Positions 59,137-64,000 of a stretch of 64,000 nucleotides of DNA are shown piece by piece (position 1 is the first letter of the stretch; the number at the start of each line of letters is the position of its first letter). Below the pieces are notes generated by a model. That model searched no databases. It was given only the letters and a program-made list of their open reading frames with translations, and was not told the origin of the DNA. The translations under genes were made by a program, and so were the position numbers. Source of the DNA: the human T2T-CHM13v2.0 reference genome, Homo sapiens; NCBI RefSeq assembly GCF_009914755.1, contig NC_060937.1; one strand, 5' to 3'.

Positions 59137-59283
59137 CTGTTATATGATAGACAGAATTAAACCCAATTCCAAATCTTCCGACCTTCAGAGGATCATCCTT
59201 TTTCCTGCTTCTTGCTATTTCTTGAATGCCGTGCCAGTCCTCTGGGGTGAAAACCGCGTTGTTGTACACATAGAGAGCTGGCC
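59137..59283 (-). CDS. SACS: Sacsin exon 7 (147 nt), SIRPT1 ATPase-like core
   Basis: Acceptor cacacctag|GGCCAG and donor ACAG|gtagag. Reads [49 protein letters not shown]. Upstream exons lie beyond the window. Confidence 0.97.
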
Positions 59284-59691
59284 CTAGGTGTGAAAATGCG
59301 CAGGCAGGAATTCAAAAAAGATACCAGGGTGTTCTGTTCTATCTCAAGAGATCCTCTATACAAAATCTCTTATTCGAAGGGAAAATAGAGAGGAGTGAAT
59401 AGAGTGACTGAATTCCACACTATAATTCTGTTTTTACAATAAAAATAAAGACACACACTGAAGTAAAAATTAGCAGCAGAAGAAATATACTATTGTTGGC
59501 CAAAAATCCAAAAAGGAAAAATTAAAGGTTACTCAGATACCCAAAAACATAAGGCAAACAAGAAAATCAGTTACTACTCTACGTGAAATTTGTTCTAAAT
59601 AGTATATTTAAATCTTTTTTTGGTAAATGGAAAATATTTACCAAATAAATATAAAATATTTCATATATTTCATAAAACAGATGAAAATATG

Positions 59692-60034
<343 letters not shown>

Positions 60035-61556
60035 CTATGTGAGATGATATGTCAATTTGTTTTAATATATAACCATTTTACTATACACACACACATATAT
60101 CTTTTAACATGTTGTATGCCTTAAATATACACAATTTATTTTAAAAAATAAATCTTATTTCATAAGGTGAAAAATAATCCTTTAGTAAGATTAATAATCA
60201 CCTTGTAAGTGTTTGAAGTTTTTTTATCAGCCTCTAGATTGTTCTATACAAGGCATTACTTGTATGATTTTAAAAACCATTAATGTGACAAATGTTTAAA
60301 TAATACTGCAATTATACCACCTATGTAAAATAATATCAACTATCTCCAAAGTATTTCCTTCAAAAAGTAATATTTATAAAATATTTCTGCACAAAATATT
60401 TTTGGAACTCCATTTTGTGAGACCTGCCTTCAGAATCTCTAACATTCTTTGAATATATTCAACTATATTCACTCATCTTACTTTAAAGATGATTAATATT
60501 TTTCATTCAAAAAGGTACTGAAGTATAATATATACACAATAAAGTATGATGATCTTGAGGCTGCAGCTTGATGAATTCCTACAAAGCAGATGAACCTGTG
60601 TCATCTCCATCCACATGAGGTATATAGGGCACTCCCAGCACCCCCAGAAGCCTCTCCTCATCCTCCCATCAATTCAGGGACAGACATGGGGATGTGACCC
60701 AGTTTGTTTTACAAAAATGGCATGACTACTATTTTTAAAATAGTTAAAGTTGGAAAGTGCAAACAGTCAAGGCTGCAAAGGCCTTCTGTGGAGTGGAGTG
60801 GGGACTCTGCAGTCAGGATGTCAGGCCCAGCTCTCCAGTTACAGCCACAGCACTTCCAGAAACTAAAGCCATCAAGGCTCCATTTCCTCATCTGCACAGT
60901 AAGAACTCTGTCCACTGCAAAAGTGCTGGGGACCCAATGAGACAGCACAAATACGGGGCTCAGCATAGAACCCAGCAGAGCAGACCCCTAAAAACATCAG
61001 CTATCATTACTGTTATTATAAGCAGTATGAGTATATGATACTGTCAGTCTTTATGTAATATATAATTTTACATATTAAATATTACAGGAATAGTAATTAA
61101 ATATCTTGTTCCTACCCAACAGCTAACTTAAAATGGCTTCTAACAAGCAGTGTCTGGTTCCAAATGTCCATTAAAAGTATCTACAAAGACAAAAAAAAAA
61201 AAAAAAGGACCACAAAAAGTCACAACACTGAACACCAGGCTCGAGAATGAACCTCTTGCCAGAATCTAGAAAGAACTCGAATAACTACAAGGTCTGTGGA
61301 AGGAAATTAAAATTTTCAGCAGGGGATACACGCACATGACATTACCAGGAACACAGTCCGCCTTGCCTGAAGGACACCCACCTTCCTTCCCACTGTCAAC
61401 TGGAAAACTGGACAGCTGACCGCTGACCCCTTACTGCCTGCTTATAGGAAGCATTTGTTAAATTCCAAAATCATAGCCCTTCTCTTAAAAAATGCAAATA
61501 AGTAAGTGTTTTGCATGAAAATAAAATTCCCCTCAGATCCCCACTCTCCAAGGTAC

Positions 61557-61848
61557 TTTTTTTTTTTTTTTTTGAGACAATGTTTCACTCTTGTTGCCCA
61601 GGCTGGAGTGCAGTGATGCTATCTCAGCTCATTGCACCTCCGCCTCCCGGGTTCAAGCAATTCTTCTGTCTCAGCCTCCCAAGTAGCTGGGACCACAGTC
61701 GCACACCACCACACCCAGCTAATTTTTGTATTTTTAGTACAGGTGGGGTTTCACCATATTGGTCAGTCTGGTCTTGAACTCCTGACCTCAGGTGATCCAC
61801 CTGCCTCAGCCTCCCAAAGTGCTGGGATTACAGGCGTGAGCCCCCACC
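61557..61848 (-). mobile_element. AluS
   Basis: Reverse dimer with TSD ctccaaggt. Confidence 0.9.
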
Positions 61849-62295
61849 CTCCAAGGTTTTTTGACTGTCAGAACTGCTGTCTCTCACCCTACAACGTCAG
61901 TGCAACTCCTGGGAAGAGGAAACATGGTGAAAATTACCCCTAGGAGTGCAACTGTCCCGGGGTCTGGGATCTGGAGCTTTCCTTACACCCTGGCTGCTCA
62001 GTGGCAGAACCAGGCAGTGCATACAGACAGCCCTCCTCAGTAAAGAAAACGAGAAGTCGGGGGCAGGAAGAATCTAGTTATCATTTAATGTTTTTAATCA
62101 AGGTATAATTCTGATCATATTCATCCTGGAATTAGGAGAGAAGCAGTATTCTGCCTTTGCTGTAATCAACTCAGTCTCATTGGTTCACTCTCTGCCTCTA
62201 TTACCAAGATCAATTTTAAAATGGCCTGTATCTACTCTGATCAAAACGATGTGTTCTTGGTTCTAAAAGTAAGATAAGAAAGGAACAAACATCCT

Positions 62296-62601
62296 GGCCA
62301 GACATGGTGGCTCACGCCTGTAATCCAAGCACTTTGGGAGGCCGAGGTGGGAAGATTACCTGAGGTCAGGAATTCGAGACCAGCCTGGCCAACATGGTGA
62401 AACCCCGTCTCTACTAAAAATACAAAAATTAGCTGGGCATGGTGGCAGAAGCCTATAATCCGAGCTATTCAGGAGGCTAAGGCAGGAGAATCCCTTGAAC
62501 CCAGGAGGCAGAGGCTGCAGACAGCCAAGATCACGCCACTTTACTCCAGCCTGGGCAACAAGAACAAAACTCCGTTTCGAAAAAGAAGGAAAAAAAAAAA
62601 A
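62296..62601 (+). mobile_element. AluS
   Basis: Full dimer with TSD aaaggaa(c/t)aaacatcct. Confidence 0.92.
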
Positions 62602-63270
62602 GGAATAAACATCCTGAGAGAAAAATTAAAAGGTTGTCTGGGAAGGAAAGAGCTGGGAGCAGGCCTGCAGTCTAGTTCCCCCTTTCCCCAGGGAATACCC
62701 AAGAAAGAAAGAGATGACCCAGCCAAATCTCCTTGTTAACATGCTGATGACAGACCTCTAGGCAAGCACATACACGGTGTTTACTAGGAAGAGTCCTTAG
62801 CTACTGGATACTTTACAGAAGTTGCTTATTGGAAATAAGCTTGGAATTTATATATTTAAGAGGCATAATCCCCTTGAAAATGTCACAAGTTATGTTGATT
62901 ATCAGAGAAAATCATGTACATGTTTTATGACTGAAATAGCTCCCTCTGTTAAGTGCTGGTCTGTGTGCATCACTCAGAAACCAACTCCGTGAGATCCAGG
63001 CCAAGGTGTGTCCTAGTGCAGCACAGAGGGACTCTCCGTGCTTCCTTCCCCTGTGTCTTATAATCAGCTGTATCCTTGAAATCCTTAGTAAAGTGTGTTA
63101 TACTGGGTGAGAGCTCTCATTCTTGTGCATGTGATTTGACAATCTGAGCCTTTTATTATCTCATTATATAAAAATGAATAAAAATAAGTTGACCTTAAGA
63201 GCTTCTGGCTGTGAAACAAAGTGCCAGTAAAGGGGAAAAGCCATGATACAAGATGACTGCTCACATCTGA

Positions 63271-63686
<416 letters not shown>

Positions 63687-63689
63687 TGC

Positions 63690-64000
<311 letters not shown>

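Overview
This is human (primate) genomic DNA from the SGCG/SACS locus (13q12.12 from prior knowledge). The + strand carries the last two exons of gamma-sarcoglycan (SGCG exons 7 and 8 plus 3'UTR). The - strand carries four exons of sacsin (SACS exons 7-10), including the ~12.9-kb terminal exon, and they splice into one uninterrupted reading frame. The two genes converge, with 3' ends ~3.7 kb apart. The rest is intronic and repeat-rich: about 21 Alus, old L1/L2/MIR, Tigger-type DNA transposons, a THE1 solo LTR and an internally deleted HERV-L provirus with two MLT2A LTRs. The genes are well known and I see no new protein-coding system. The most unusual structure is a patchwork of near-perfect templated copies, taken from ~4.7 kb upstream and ~4 kb downstream in both orientations, inside the (TA)n tract of the HERV-L 5' LTR. 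Further testable ideas are LTR-driven SGCG chimeric transcripts, stop-free circular ORFs from SACS exons 7-9, and candidate enhancers. Exon numbers and repeat subfamily names are from memory, repeat boundaries are approximate, and no searches were run.
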